Shown one piece after another: positions 1 through 8,681 of a stretch of DNA of 64,000 bases; within the stretch, counting starts at the first letter, position 1, and every line of letters begins with the position of its first letter. Below the pieces are notes generated by a model. That model was not told where the DNA came from, searched no databases, and worked only from the letters and a program-made list of their open reading frames with translations. Origin of the DNA: a virus; the IMG/VR virus record IMGVR_UViG_3300029319_000005, positions 32,001 to 96,000 of that record; one strand, 5' to 3'. Position numbers and translations under genes: made by a program.

Positions 1-745
1 AGCTTTTATTTCTATCAGTAGCCAAATCTAAGTTTTTGGCCAAAGCTATTGCTGCTTCGCCTGCTACTTCCGCAGTAATCCCATAGTCAATATTTTGCAG
101 GGCGGATTGCCTAGCTATTTCTACATATTTCTCTCCGCTTAGAACGCTCTTATTCACAGAAGCAGACATCTCATCAAAAGCAATTGCAACATCTTTTAAA
201 CGCTTAAATAAGAACATTGCGGCATCTTGCACAGCGGTTAATATAAACCCTGTGGCTGCCATCAAGATATTGGCCTTGCTAAAAGTGCCCTCAAAGCCTT
301 TTTTAAAGCCTTCCATCGCTTTTTGACCTTCCTCTGTTTTGCTGTTCATCATACCCAGCTTTATAATAGAGCCAGCAAGCCCCTTTTCAAAATTCTTAGG
401 TATTCCGAAAGCTCTTCCGAGGTCTTTTATATTATCCGCAGCAGTTTTGCCGACATCTTGTAGTTCTTTTATTTTATTAGTGACTTCCTGATATTTCTCG
501 CTGGCCTTATCAAGCTCCGCGCGGATCTTTTTCATGGCCTCTGTATTATCTTTTCTTAACTGTAAAAGTCTTTTTAGAGTCGCTTCTTCTTCTGGACCGA
601 GTTCTGCCTTTTTCTGGAGTTCTACTATCTCCTTGGTGTACTCAAGCCGCTCCTCTCGTTTCACTTCGAGAAGAGCCTTCCGAGCCTCTGTTTCTTCTTT
701 GATCCTACTTATATTTTCAATTTTTATCTCATCTTCTTCTGCCAC
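1..745 (-). CDS. Tape measure protein, N-terminal part (runs off the window)
   Basis: Not in the ORF track. Manual translation from GTG at 745 (AGGAGG upstream) gives an open frame MAEEDEIKIENISRIKEETEARKALLEVK... to position 1. It is a helical, Ala/Lys/Glu-rich coiled-coil sequence and lies right after the tail tube and chaperone genes. Confidence 0.8.
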   Translation of the reverse strand, partial: MAEEDEIKIENISRIKEETEARKALLEVKREERLEYTKEIVELQKKAELGPEEEATLKRLLQLRKDNTEAMKKIRAELDKASEKYQEVTNKIKELQDVGKTAADNIKDLGRAFGIPKNFEKGLAGSIIKLGMMNSKTEEGQKAMEGFKKGFEGTFSKANILMAATGFILTAVQDAAMFLFKRLKDVAIAFDEMSASVNKSVLSGEKYVEIARQSALQNIDYGITAEVAGEAAIALAKNLDLATDRNKS

Positions 746-756
746 GAGCTAGCCTC

Positions 757-1077
757 CTATTTAAAAGGCCACTTCAGGCCGGTGGCTTTCTGGAATTTAG
801 CCACCGCTTTATCAAGAAGAGTCTTATTATTTAATGTTCTAGAATCAGTAAGGCCATGCTTTTTGTAGGCCTCCATATATTTCTTTTCGCTGTTTAGAGC
901 GTTGCTAAAAGCTTTAATTTCCGAAGGGGTGCCCTTTACTTTTAAAGGTATACCAAGATCGTATCCGAATAGTCTTTTTAGACCCATTTCAGCAAAATAG
1001 CCAAAAGTCTCCAAGAAGCCTTCATTTAGCTCCGAAGTTCTTTTTGCTGCGCCTAGATCGAATACCTTTTCTTCCAT
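757..1077 (-). CDS. Hypothetical protein (106 aa) between tail chaperones and tape measure
   Basis: AAGGAG SD and its own ACTATTTA motif upstream; no family recognised. Confidence 0.7.
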   Translation of the reverse strand: MEEKVFDLGAAKRTSELNEGFLETFGYFAEMGLKRLFGYDLGIPLKVKGTPSEIKAFSNALNSEKKYMEAYKKHGLTDSRTLNNKTLLDKAVAKFQKATGLKWPFK

Positions 1078-1095
1078 TACAAAGCTCCTTCTAAG

Positions 1096-1103
1096 TAAAT
1101 AGT
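1096..1103 (-). promoter_or_regulatory. Putative late promoter ACTATTTA
   Basis: Plus strand taaatagt, about 19 nt upstream of the ATG at 1077; the motif recurs upstream of many genes. Confidence 0.65.
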
Positions 1104-1113
1104 TTATAACAGA

Positions 1114-1303
1114 TTATTTACCCTTTGTAGCTTTTTCCATCGCTTTGTTCTCTTTATCTATCTGCTGCGATAGCCTGTGCAAAAACCAAGCGCGGATCTT
1201 GATGGGGAGGTTATATGCCTCCATAAAAGACCAATTGCCATGGTATTTTAAGAAAAATATCTGCTCATATACGTTTTCTATATATATGTTATCGAGGCCA
1301 AAA
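1114..1303 (-). CDS. gp51-like tail/baseplate assembly chaperone segment, probably expressed as a frameshift extension of 1289..2131
   Basis: FGLDNIYIENVYEQIFFLKYHGNWSFMEAYNLPIKIRAWFL resembles the short T4-like gp51 family. There is no credible start or SD, and the frame overlaps the end of the upstream gene in +1. Confidence 0.65.
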
Positions 1304-2131
1304 GAAGTCCGCTGTGAGCGGCACCTCCATAATTTGCTCATGGCCACAATCAGAGCAAGTAAATTCCTGTTGCATGTCAATATCAGGAACAATTTTCGTG
1401 TAAGCACCTCTTAAGTGTCTAGAATCAAAAGCAGGCATACTATCAACGAATTTATTAATAGTTGCAGAATCTGCGTCGCCGTTGATCGCTACTATCATTC
1501 GCTTTAGCTGCGTAGTTAAAGCATTATCTGCTAGCTTATTCTTCTTTCTTCTTTCCGCCTGTTGAGCGATAAATCTTTCATCTGCGCCAGTCATAGGGCG
1601 AACCTCAACGGTGGCTCCCGTCTTTGGCAATTGTATACTAAAAGTATTCGCGCCCGTAAAGCTGATCCCTAGATCGTCGTCTGAAAAGATCTCTTTTACT
1701 TCAACTTCGTCAAGATCAAAAGAATACTCGACAGTAGAGCCACAAGAAGGACAAGGTACTTTCGTCTCATACTCATTGCCATAGCCGCTCGCCCTAGCAG
1801 CAATTACTAAAGCGTTCTTGTCTCCTACCAAGAGAGTATCAAGTGTGATTCTTTTATCGATCAAAAGACTCTGTAGAAGCCTATCGATAACAATACCTTT
1901 TTTGATTAACGCCTGGGAGGTTAGGATATCTTCTTCCTTCGCCGTCATGAAGCGCATCTCCACCGTCTCAACATTATGCAGCGGGTGACCCTCTGGGTAA
2001 AATTTACCTTTAGATGGGATCTCCACTAACTCGGTAGGAACAGCAAAAGAGAGGGGATCTCCTTGCTGAATCTGAGGCTGTGGGACGTCCTCTGGGACTC
2101 CCATGCGGGCCTCGTTCCTGCTTGAACTCAT
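1289..2131 (-). CDS. T4 gp26-like baseplate hub / tail assembly chaperone
   Basis: Motifs IPSKGKFYP, MTAKEEDIL, LLVGDK..LVIAARASGYG, two CxxC pairs (CPSC, CSDC) and C-terminal FFWP; directly downstream of the tail tube. Confidence 0.8.
   Translation of the reverse strand: MSSSRNEARMGVPEDVPQPQIQQGDPLSFAVPTELVEIPSKGKFYPEGHPLHNVETVEMRFMTAKEEDILTSQALIKKGIVIDRLLQSLLIDKRITLDTLLVGDKNALVIAARASGYGNEYETKVPCPSCGSTVEYSFDLDEVEVKEIFSDDDLGISFTGANTFSIQLPKTGATVEVRPMTGADERFIAQQAERRKKNKLADNALTTQLKRMIVAINGDADSATINKFVDSMPAFDSRHLRGAYTKIVPDIDMQQEFTCSDCGHEQIMEVPLTADFFWPR
1298..1306 (-). other. Putative programmed frameshift site TTC TTT TGG
   Basis: Frame 0 reads GAC TTC TTT TGG CCT CGA TAA (DFFWPR*); the +1 frame reads TTT GGC CTC GAT AAC (FGLDN...). 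Confidence 0.6.
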
Positions 2132-2157
2132 ATTTACCTCACTATGTTATTAGTTCT

Positions 2158-2697
2158 TTAAATACCGCTTGAAGGGGTACTTGTTGTCTCGTATGTAGCG
2201 AAATCATATCTTAATCCGAGAACGATGTCAACAAGACTGTCGTCTTCGTAGCTCAAATCACCCCAATTAACTCTAGAAACAAATGCGTTGTTTAGTGTCC
2301 ATGTATCTAGAATATCATCTAAGCCACCCGGTCCAAGATGAGAAATAGTCACATTGTTCATGGCAGCGGTAGAGTTCTTCTTAGAAACTGTTCCCGACTC
2401 TGCTTCCGCTTGGCTTGTTGGCGGAATATATCCAGAGGAAATAAGAACTTGGTACATGGTCGCAGTTGAATCAGGTCTTAGCGGATCAACAAGCGTAACT
2501 TCAATCTCATTCCAGGTAACTGTTCCGGGGTAGTAGAACTTATGATTAAGATAAGTATGCTCCGTTACATTGATGTCGAAGCTGGGCTTTGCGCCTGACT
2601 TTACAATCCAATGCTCGATTCCCCCTAGTGATAAAATAAATCTTGATTTTCTCTTTGGCTCAATACTTTGATCAGACCAGAATGAAGTTGACCCCAT
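2158..2697 (-). CDS. Tail tube protein (gp19-like)
   Basis: 179 aa with EPKRKSRF, KPSF, YYPGTVTWNEIEVTLVDP, WTLNNAF, WGDLSY and LRYD motifs; follows the sheath gene. Confidence 0.9.
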   Translation of the reverse strand: MGSTSFWSDQSIEPKRKSRFILSLGGIEHWIVKSGAKPSFDINVTEHTYLNHKFYYPGTVTWNEIEVTLVDPLRPDSTATMYQVLISSGYIPPTSQAEAESGTVSKKNSTAAMNNVTISHLGPGGLDDILDTWTLNNAFVSRVNWGDLSYEDDSLVDIVLGLRYDFATYETTSTPSSGI

Positions 2698-2720
2698 GTT
2701 TTTAGTTCTCCTCTATAATT

Positions 2721-2727
2721 TAAATAG
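2721..2727 (-). promoter_or_regulatory. Putative late promoter CTATTTA upstream of tail tube
   Basis: Plus strand taaatag in the intergenic gap, followed on the coding strand by a GAGGAG SD. Confidence 0.6.
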
Positions 2728-2742
2728 ATATTTGTTTTATTT

Positions 2743-5700
2743 TTAGTCCTCGAAAGACGCTCCACTATTAGTAATTGTGAAGTCAATAGCGATGTATTCT
2801 ACAGCCTTTGTTGGCTTTAAGAAGATCTTCGCATAAATAATGTTTCTATCAACTAGGTCTGGTGTAGTCGTCGTATTATCGAGGACAACCTTGAAATCAT
2901 CTAGACCAAATCTAGCCTTAATGCTCGCTAGGAACGGATTAACCTTTCCTGTGAACCTATTCCACGTTGTGACTGTATTCTGGTCGAACAGGACCTGATT
3001 AGCCATCTGGGAAATACTCTTCTTAACAAAGATCATCAATCTTCTAACATTCACTCTATCAAGAGCCGAAGGTGTTACTTGAAGAGTCTTCTGTCCGAAG
3101 ATAACGATACCTTCATTTGGGAAAGAAGCGATAGGATTAATGTTTGCATCATAAAGTTTATCGCGGTCTTCAGCAGCGAGTCTTTCAGACACGCCCACTA
3201 CCGGAATTCCTGCGTCTCCCTTGGAGAGGCCGCCTCTGTTGAAGCCAGCAGGAGCAAACCAAAGGTCTTGCTTTCTTTCGCTGTTAGACATAGCACCCAG
3301 CGCAGCAATAGACGGAGGCACCCAAACTGTAGCGTTATTCAGAGTGTCTCTAATCTGCACCCAGGGGTAATACGCGCATCCGTAGCTAGAATTAATGCCC
3401 CGATTATTTAGACTATCAATTGTTGCCTTGACGCTACCCAGTCTTCCTGACTGTGCTGTCGTGTTTTCTGAGCTAGGCACGTAGCCTCCTGCTAGATCTA
3501 CAACTGCTAGCGCGTCACCACGATCCTCGCAAATATTGATTAGATGATCAGTCAAGCCGCTAGTCGTAATACCAGGAGCAACGGCGAGGTTGTAGTCAAC
3601 AACTTCCGGATCTTTTGCAGAATCAATAGCTCTCTTAACAGAGTTATAAGCATAATTCGTTAATTCTGTTCCATCAGCAGTAAATGTATTTCTAAACGGA
3701 TCTGATTCATCAATTCTAAGCCCATCAAAGCCGCCATAAAAAACAGTCGTAAACTTATTAAATCCTGCGCTTAAGATATCTTGCCATGAACCAGAACCTG
3801 CGGTTATTGAACGCCCCGCCGCACGACTACCTGAATCATAGTTTACTGTCAGGCCAGAAGAAGAGCTTAGATCGTCTAGCGAGAAAACCCAAGACCATTC
3901 AAGTTCATTAGCGACAGTGTCGCTATCTTTATGGCTATCAGGGAGCGCCCTAAGAATATCTCTTGTTGATTTTTCAAAATCAAGATAGAAAATTCCGCCT
4001 TCTTTTCTAAGCACATCTGCACCGAAGTATGCTTGTCTTGGGCTTTGTATGTTCCCATCTAAGGATCCAGACCTTAGAGGAATAGCCGGGAAATCAAAAG
4101 GAGCGTGTGCTCCTGCTCGTGCAGCGTTAACAGACGCTGATGGCGCAACACTAATCCAAGTTCTTTGACCATCAGCAATTGGATCATACTGGCCTCCTGG
4201 AATGAACGAAGTCACTCCGCCTACAAACGAAGAGACGTAAGTATTAACGTAACTTGTTGACCCCGAAGTTGCAGAACCGCTAACAACATGCGGACCAAGA
4301 GTTCCAGAAATAAATCTCCACGATGCGAACTTCGGGTGTCCATAAACTCCGAATGGTAAATATGAAGCGTCCGTTGTTCCATCATCAACGTCGAGATTCA
4401 TCTCAACTCTAATAAATTGTGAGTTGTTATCATAAGACCCGTACTCTATGTAGCGCTTTGTGTCTTCGTCCCATTCAATATACTTGTCACCAATCTTTTT
4501 AGCCACATAGTTTTCAGAGTTAGGATTGAGATTACAATTATCATATAATTCAACAGTTTTCAAAGCACCATCATTGTCTTCTATTTTTCTAATTCTTACA
4601 CTAAAGTGCCCATAAGGATCTGAATTATTGGTTGGAGCCGTTACATTTTCAATTGAAACTTTGAGATTGTTTTGGCTCCATTCTCCCCATCCAAGAGAAT
4701 GAACTCTAAATAACTTCTGCATGCTCTCGGGACTATAAACAGGAGATAGAACATTATCGCTGATGTCGCCGGACCCCGAGGTTGTTCTTATATCCTGTGA
4801 AATGAACCAGCCAGTTTTGGCCCTTCTCATTCCATAGTTATGCTCTTGCCATTGGTTAGTAGCTGTGCCAAACTGAGCCATAGGGAGAATAACTCCCCAT
4901 TGTGCAGAGCCAGTGCACTTATTGTAAACTTCTCTTTCGAAAGTCTCTCCGAGCCAAAAATGTTTTGTGTTTGTTGTCACAGCGGTGTTTGTTAATACCG
5001 GATTTGTATTCAATACTTTTCTAATGTACTTGCTTGAATTTCTATCAAAATTAAATGTAACGGTTTCAGTAGCCGCAGCCCCCGCATCCGCAGATCCATC
5101 CATCATAACAAGCTTAAAGGTCTTATCGTTTGTAGACTTGACCCAGATTGAGGAACCCGTCACGTCAGGTATACCACCAGCCGGAGCTACATCGTATCCA
5201 GCGGTCGACCCGCTTAGCTGCGGACATCCAGTATTGGTATAAAAAATCGCTCCTAGTGTTCCAGTAGCGCTCGCGGCGAACATCCATGGTGAACTCCCAA
5301 TTGCACTGCCGCCCGCGTCGGATCCACTGTCAATAAGCCAAAGGCCATAAGCGCCGCCGCCTGCAATAACATCCGATGCTCCAGCAGCCTTGATTTCATT
5401 TGTCGTATTCCAGCCTGCGCCTGCGGCTCCGGTTCCAGTGCCTTTGGAGTTCTCATCGCCTAGAAGTCTCACTATTGTCACGGGGGAATTATTTGTCAAC
5501 CAAGCTTGTGCCGCATATGCAGCGTATGTCGGAGCACCGTAATTGCCATCTCTCCAGCTATCTGTGTTTGTTTTGCCAGAGATTGGATTGCCGAATACAG
5601 TTACAAACTCTGCAAAAGAATTTACTTGATACGGTACCATCGCAGGGCCTCTTTCGGTCCTACCAATGATAAGAGGGCCTCTTCCTGTTGGCTCATTTGG

Positions 5701-5769
5701 CCTTTGGGAGTTGTCAATTTCATTAATGAAAACTCCAGGTGAAACAAATTTAAACTTCTTAACCGACAT
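2743..5769 (-). CDS. Contractile tail sheath protein (gp18-like), 1008 aa with large insertions
   Basis: N-terminal FVSPGVFINEID and C-terminal YYPWV, WFAPAGFNRG, INPI, IFGQKTLQ, SALDRVNVRRL motifs. Confidence 0.95.
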   Translation of the reverse strand: MSVKKFKFVSPGVFINEIDNSQRPNEPTGRGPLIIGRTERGPAMVPYQVNSFAEFVTVFGNPISGKTNTDSWRDGNYGAPTYAAYAAQAWLTNNSPVTIVRLLGDENSKGTGTGAAGAGWNTTNEIKAAGASDVIAGGGAYGLWLIDSGSDAGGSAIGSSPWMFAASATGTLGAIFYTNTGCPQLSGSTAGYDVAPAGGIPDVTGSSIWVKSTNDKTFKLVMMDGSADAGAAATETVTFNFDRNSSKYIRKVLNTNPVLTNTAVTTNTKHFWLGETFEREVYNKCTGSAQWGVILPMAQFGTATNQWQEHNYGMRRAKTGWFISQDIRTTSGSGDISDNVLSPVYSPESMQKLFRVHSLGWGEWSQNNLKVSIENVTAPTNNSDPYGHFSVRIRKIEDNDGALKTVELYDNCNLNPNSENYVAKKIGDKYIEWDEDTKRYIEYGSYDNNSQFIRVEMNLDVDDGTTDASYLPFGVYGHPKFASWRFISGTLGPHVVSGSATSGSTSYVNTYVSSFVGGVTSFIPGGQYDPIADGQRTWISVAPSASVNAARAGAHAPFDFPAIPLRSGSLDGNIQSPRQAYFGADVLRKEGGIFYLDFEKSTRDILRALPDSHKDSDTVANELEWSWVFSLDDLSSSSGLTVNYDSGSRAAGRSITAGSGSWQDILSAGFNKFTTVFYGGFDGLRIDESDPFRNTFTADGTELTNYAYNSVKRAIDSAKDPEVVDYNLAVAPGITTSGLTDHLINICEDRGDALAVVDLAGGYVPSSENTTAQSGRLGSVKATIDSLNNRGINSSYGCAYYPWVQIRDTLNNATVWVPPSIAALGAMSNSERKQDLWFAPAGFNRGGLSKGDAGIPVVGVSERLAAEDRDKLYDANINPIASFPNEGIVIFGQKTLQVTPSALDRVNVRRLMIFVKKSISQMANQVLFDQNTVTTWNRFTGKVNPFLASIKARFGLDDFKVVLDNTTTTPDLVDRNIIYAKIFLKPTKAVEYIAIDFTITNSGASFED

Positions 5770-5808
5770 GTTAATGTTCTCCCATGAAATAAAATGGTTA
5801 TTCTCTAT

Positions 5809-5816
5809 TAAATAGT
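5809..5816 (-). promoter_or_regulatory. Putative late promoter ACTATTTA upstream of sheath
   Basis: Plus strand taaatagt in the intergenic gap. Confidence 0.65.
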
Positions 5817-5847
5817 AAATGGAGCAGCGAAAAGAATAAAATTGGAG

Positions 5848-6750
5848 CTATTTCGTTTTTAAGGATTGCTCCCTATAGAACGCCTTGCTCCTCGTTTCTG
5901 GAATGTCGCCCATAATAACATGCTCTTTTGGCAAACGGACTTCAACGGCGTTTTGCGTTTTAACAAGTTTAGGAGGAGCTTGGTTTTTATCATCTCCCAC
6001 GAGATAACCCCTTACTTTCAGATTTATAGTTGTTAAAAATGTCTTTTCTTGATCAGAAACATCAAGAGCGTTTGTTTCAAAGCTATGAGTAGGGTCTATA
6101 AAGCCCTCAAACCTATGCCCGTTTGATCCTAAGCTAAAGTAATTCAAGCCTCTGCCTACATTTAGAAACGGTGTTGTTATTTCGTTCATCTGCTGCTGGT
6201 ATTCAGTTCTAACGTAAATTGAGTATTCGACATCAACATAGACCGGCAATGGCATCGTTATTGTTTCATAAACTACTTTGGTATTTTTTCTTTTAAAAGT
6301 ACTTTGATTGTGCAATCTTTTAGCATCTGCGTTGGCAAAATTTGAAGTCTTGTCTTGCTTAATTCTTCTTGCTATCGTTATAGTCCCGCCTTCTTTATTC
6401 TGGGGTAACGCATTCGCGTATATACCTCCACGGTTTGCAGGATCTTTAGTTATGTTGCCTCTAACTATTGATATTACAGGCAAAATTATATTTCCATTCA
6501 AGTCGTGTAGGTCCGGAGACTCTTTAATGTGGAACGCTCTTTCCGCCGAAGTCCAAATGACCGGAACTTTTTTAAAACCCTGGTTTGTTGTCGCGAAGAT
6601 GTCTAACTCGTTAACAAAATCGTATAGAGACTCATCTATGGTCTCCAAAGTTGAAGGCTCTAAAATCTTTTCTTGTACCTTCGACGTATCCTCTAGACCT
6701 GTGAAACTGTAATCAAGCTTGCTTTTATGTTCATTTTTCGGATCAGACAT
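5848..6750 (-). CDS. Tail terminator / sheath stabiliser (gp15-like)
   Basis: VPVIW..AER, LPVIS, PVYVDVEY and QQMNEI motifs; lies between neck and sheath. Start moved to the ATG at 6750 (MSDPK), which overlaps the upstream stop. Confidence 0.7.
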   Translation of the reverse strand: MSDPKNEHKSKLDYSFTGLEDTSKVQEKILEPSTLETIDESLYDFVNELDIFATTNQGFKKVPVIWTSAERAFHIKESPDLHDLNGNIILPVISIVRGNITKDPANRGGIYANALPQNKEGGTITIARRIKQDKTSNFANADAKRLHNQSTFKRKNTKVVYETITMPLPVYVDVEYSIYVRTEYQQQMNEITTPFLNVGRGLNYFSLGSNGHRFEGFIDPTHSFETNALDVSDQEKTFLTTINLKVRGYLVGDDKNQAPPKLVKTQNAVEVRLPKEHVIMGDIPETRSKAFYREQSLKTK

Positions 6751-7222
6751 TAAACAACCCCTCTCTAGCTCTCGTGCAGCTAGCAATAATCTCAAATCTA
6801 TGATCAATTTGACCAAACAACTGTCTTTGCCAAGTTATCATTGTGATCTCATAGTATTGTTCACCATATAACACAAAGTCTCCCTCTCTTACATACAAAT
6901 CTTGGTCTTCTAAAAGTCTTCTTTTGTGGAATGAAACAGTTATTGTAGAGGTTTTATCTATTCCGAAAACATCTGAATTGCTTTGATTCCCCCCATATTC
7001 TACTAGCGCATAGACTCTTACTGGAGGTAAGAAAGATTTTTTTATTGCCTCTCCATAAACAGGATGAAAATCTGTTTTTTCTAAACTAATTGGATAATAA
7101 ACTATCTGTTGTCCTATGACTCTTTCAATTAACTCATCATTGACCTGTTTTACAAGATCTCGCTCTTTTTTCCCAGCGAATAACGGAGGCGGCGGGCTGT
7201 CTGGCTGTTTCCACTTAGACAT
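6743..7222 (-). CDS. Head closure / neck protein (gp14-like)
   Basis: ELIERVIGQQIVYY, VYGEA and REGDFV..YYEI motifs; adjacent to the gp13-like gene. Confidence 0.7.
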   Translation of the reverse strand: MSKWKQPDSPPPPLFAGKKERDLVKQVNDELIERVIGQQIVYYPISLEKTDFHPVYGEAIKKSFLPPVRVYALVEYGGNQSNSDVFGIDKTSTITVSFHKRRLLEDQDLYVREGDFVLYGEQYYEITMITWQRQLFGQIDHRFEIIASCTRAREGLFNV

Positions 7223-7233
7223 CTAACTACCCC

Positions 7234-8565
7234 CTACCCTGTATAAATGCCAGATGGCACCACCTTCATAGTGTTATTTACATTCCCTTGTATCGTCGCA
7301 TCTCTCTCAGATAGCTTTGCATAGGTTAGTTCATCGAGAACAGTTTTGAGTTCTTCTCTTAATGCCTGTTGCTCATCTTTTGCTTGCGACAGAAGTTCAT
7401 TTGCATTTAAGTTAACATTATCGCCTGGTATTGGAATAGTATTACCAAACTTGCCTCTTACTTGCGCCAGCATTTCTTTTGCAGTTGCCAGTGCGAATCT
7501 TCTAATCCACTGCTTGCCGATGCTGTTGATGCTCGTATATGGTATGTTTGCAAAGGGCAGTGTGTTCATATTATTGACACCATCCGCTCCGCTTTCTTTA
7601 TCAGAGTCTTCTACCCAAGCATCTGTTTTTATTGAGAATTGAACCCAAAACTTAGTAGGAGATAGACCAGTTGGAGATGGGAACAATCTTAAGTTATTAT
7701 TTTTAATTTCATAAGAATAGTGAGAATTTCTAGTATAAATCGCATCTTCATAAGCCATAGCTTGAGCTTTATTTTGCCATGCGGGAATCACTTCAAATGT
7801 AGAATCATCCGAATACATGCCATATGTCGACATATTACCCACCGCATTTAAGCCGCCATAATAGCCATAGAATCTCCACATAGCATGAGGAGTCTTGTAA
7901 AACACTTTTTTAATTGTAACTTTATTATTACCGACAGATCCAGTAAACAATCTGCCCTCAGCAGAACCGTCCACAGAAGCCGAATAAATTATTGACTGTA
8001 AGTCATAATCTTGCTTGTTTGCCACTGTATCAAAAGATGCCGAATATTCCGGCAAAGAACCGCCTATGCCAATAGCTTCAGAAACTCCGTCGGCGGCTCT
8101 TCTAGAATACTCAAAAGTAAACCTTGGCATTTTTAGTTCTACCCTATCTCCTCCAAGGCTCGAAGAAAGCTCTCCTGCTTTCATTTCTCCATCTTGATCA
8201 AAAGAGCCCGTCTTGTTCCCCATCAAGTCACCCAAAACGTTTTTAGCTTGATGTATGTTTACAATATATGAATATTCTAAAACAGCTTCTTCATAGGCAG
8301 TGTACACATTGCCTACTGTTAGTTCAATATCTAATACATCGCCTCCAAGTTTCTTATAGGTGTAAGCTACTTGATCTGATGCTCCCGAAATGAAGTCTGT
8401 GTTGGTCGCGCCGTACTGATTAGCTAGATAGATCCCAAATGCATAGTTTGCAGAGTTGCCAGCAGAGTTAGCCCATTCGTTTTCATTTGACTCTGCTGTT
8501 GAGCCAGTAGATGTTAAAACTACAGGACTTGGATTTTGTTTTGGTGATAGTGTCGGCATTGCCAT
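7234..8565 (-). CDS. Neck / head-tail adaptor protein (gp13-like)
   Basis: KKLGGDVLDIEL, WIRRFALATAKEMLAQVRGKF and IPIPG..LNA..L motifs. Start moved to 8565 (MAMPT) because of the CAGGAG SD. Confidence 0.8.
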   Translation of the reverse strand: MAMPTLSPKQNPSPVVLTSTGSTAESNENEWANSAGNSANYAFGIYLANQYGATNTDFISGASDQVAYTYKKLGGDVLDIELTVGNVYTAYEEAVLEYSYIVNIHQAKNVLGDLMGNKTGSFDQDGEMKAGELSSSLGGDRVELKMPRFTFEYSRRAADGVSEAIGIGGSLPEYSASFDTVANKQDYDLQSIIYSASVDGSAEGRLFTGSVGNNKVTIKKVFYKTPHAMWRFYGYYGGLNAVGNMSTYGMYSDDSTFEVIPAWQNKAQAMAYEDAIYTRNSHYSYEIKNNNLRLFPSPTGLSPTKFWVQFSIKTDAWVEDSDKESGADGVNNMNTLPFANIPYTSINSIGKQWIRRFALATAKEMLAQVRGKFGNTIPIPGDNVNLNANELLSQAKDEQQALREELKTVLDELTYAKLSERDATIQGNVNNTMKVVPSGIYTG

Positions 8566-8589
8566 GCATGTTGTCTCCTGCGCTATGAG

Positions 8590-8597
8590 TAAATAGT
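8590..8597 (-). promoter_or_regulatory. Putative late promoter ACTATTTA upstream of neck gene
   Basis: Plus strand taaatagt, immediately downstream (in transcription) of the capsid gene terminator. Confidence 0.65.
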
Positions 8598-8626
8598 GTC
8601 CATAAGCACATTTCGAACTTAGAAAC

Positions 8627-8659
8627 AAAAAAGGCCCCCACTTTCGTGAGGACCTTTTT
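8627..8659 (-). terminator. Rho-independent terminator after major capsid gene
   Basis: Coding strand AAAAAGGTCCTCAC-GAAA-GTGGGGGCCTTTTTT: GC-rich stem, GNRA loop and U tract. Confidence 0.85.
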
Positions 8660-8681
8660 CTAAGCTATAGTAGCTCTAAAA

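Noticed and set aside
750-765. CTATTTAA on the plus strand (late motif in the opposite orientation)
   Set aside because: Explained by the stop codon of the 106-aa gene abutting the AGGAGG SD of the tape measure gene.
1304-1407. ORF-track start (MLTRKLF) for the gp51-like ORF
   Set aside because: It lies deep inside the gp26-like gene with no SD; the frameshift model explains the downstream frame better.
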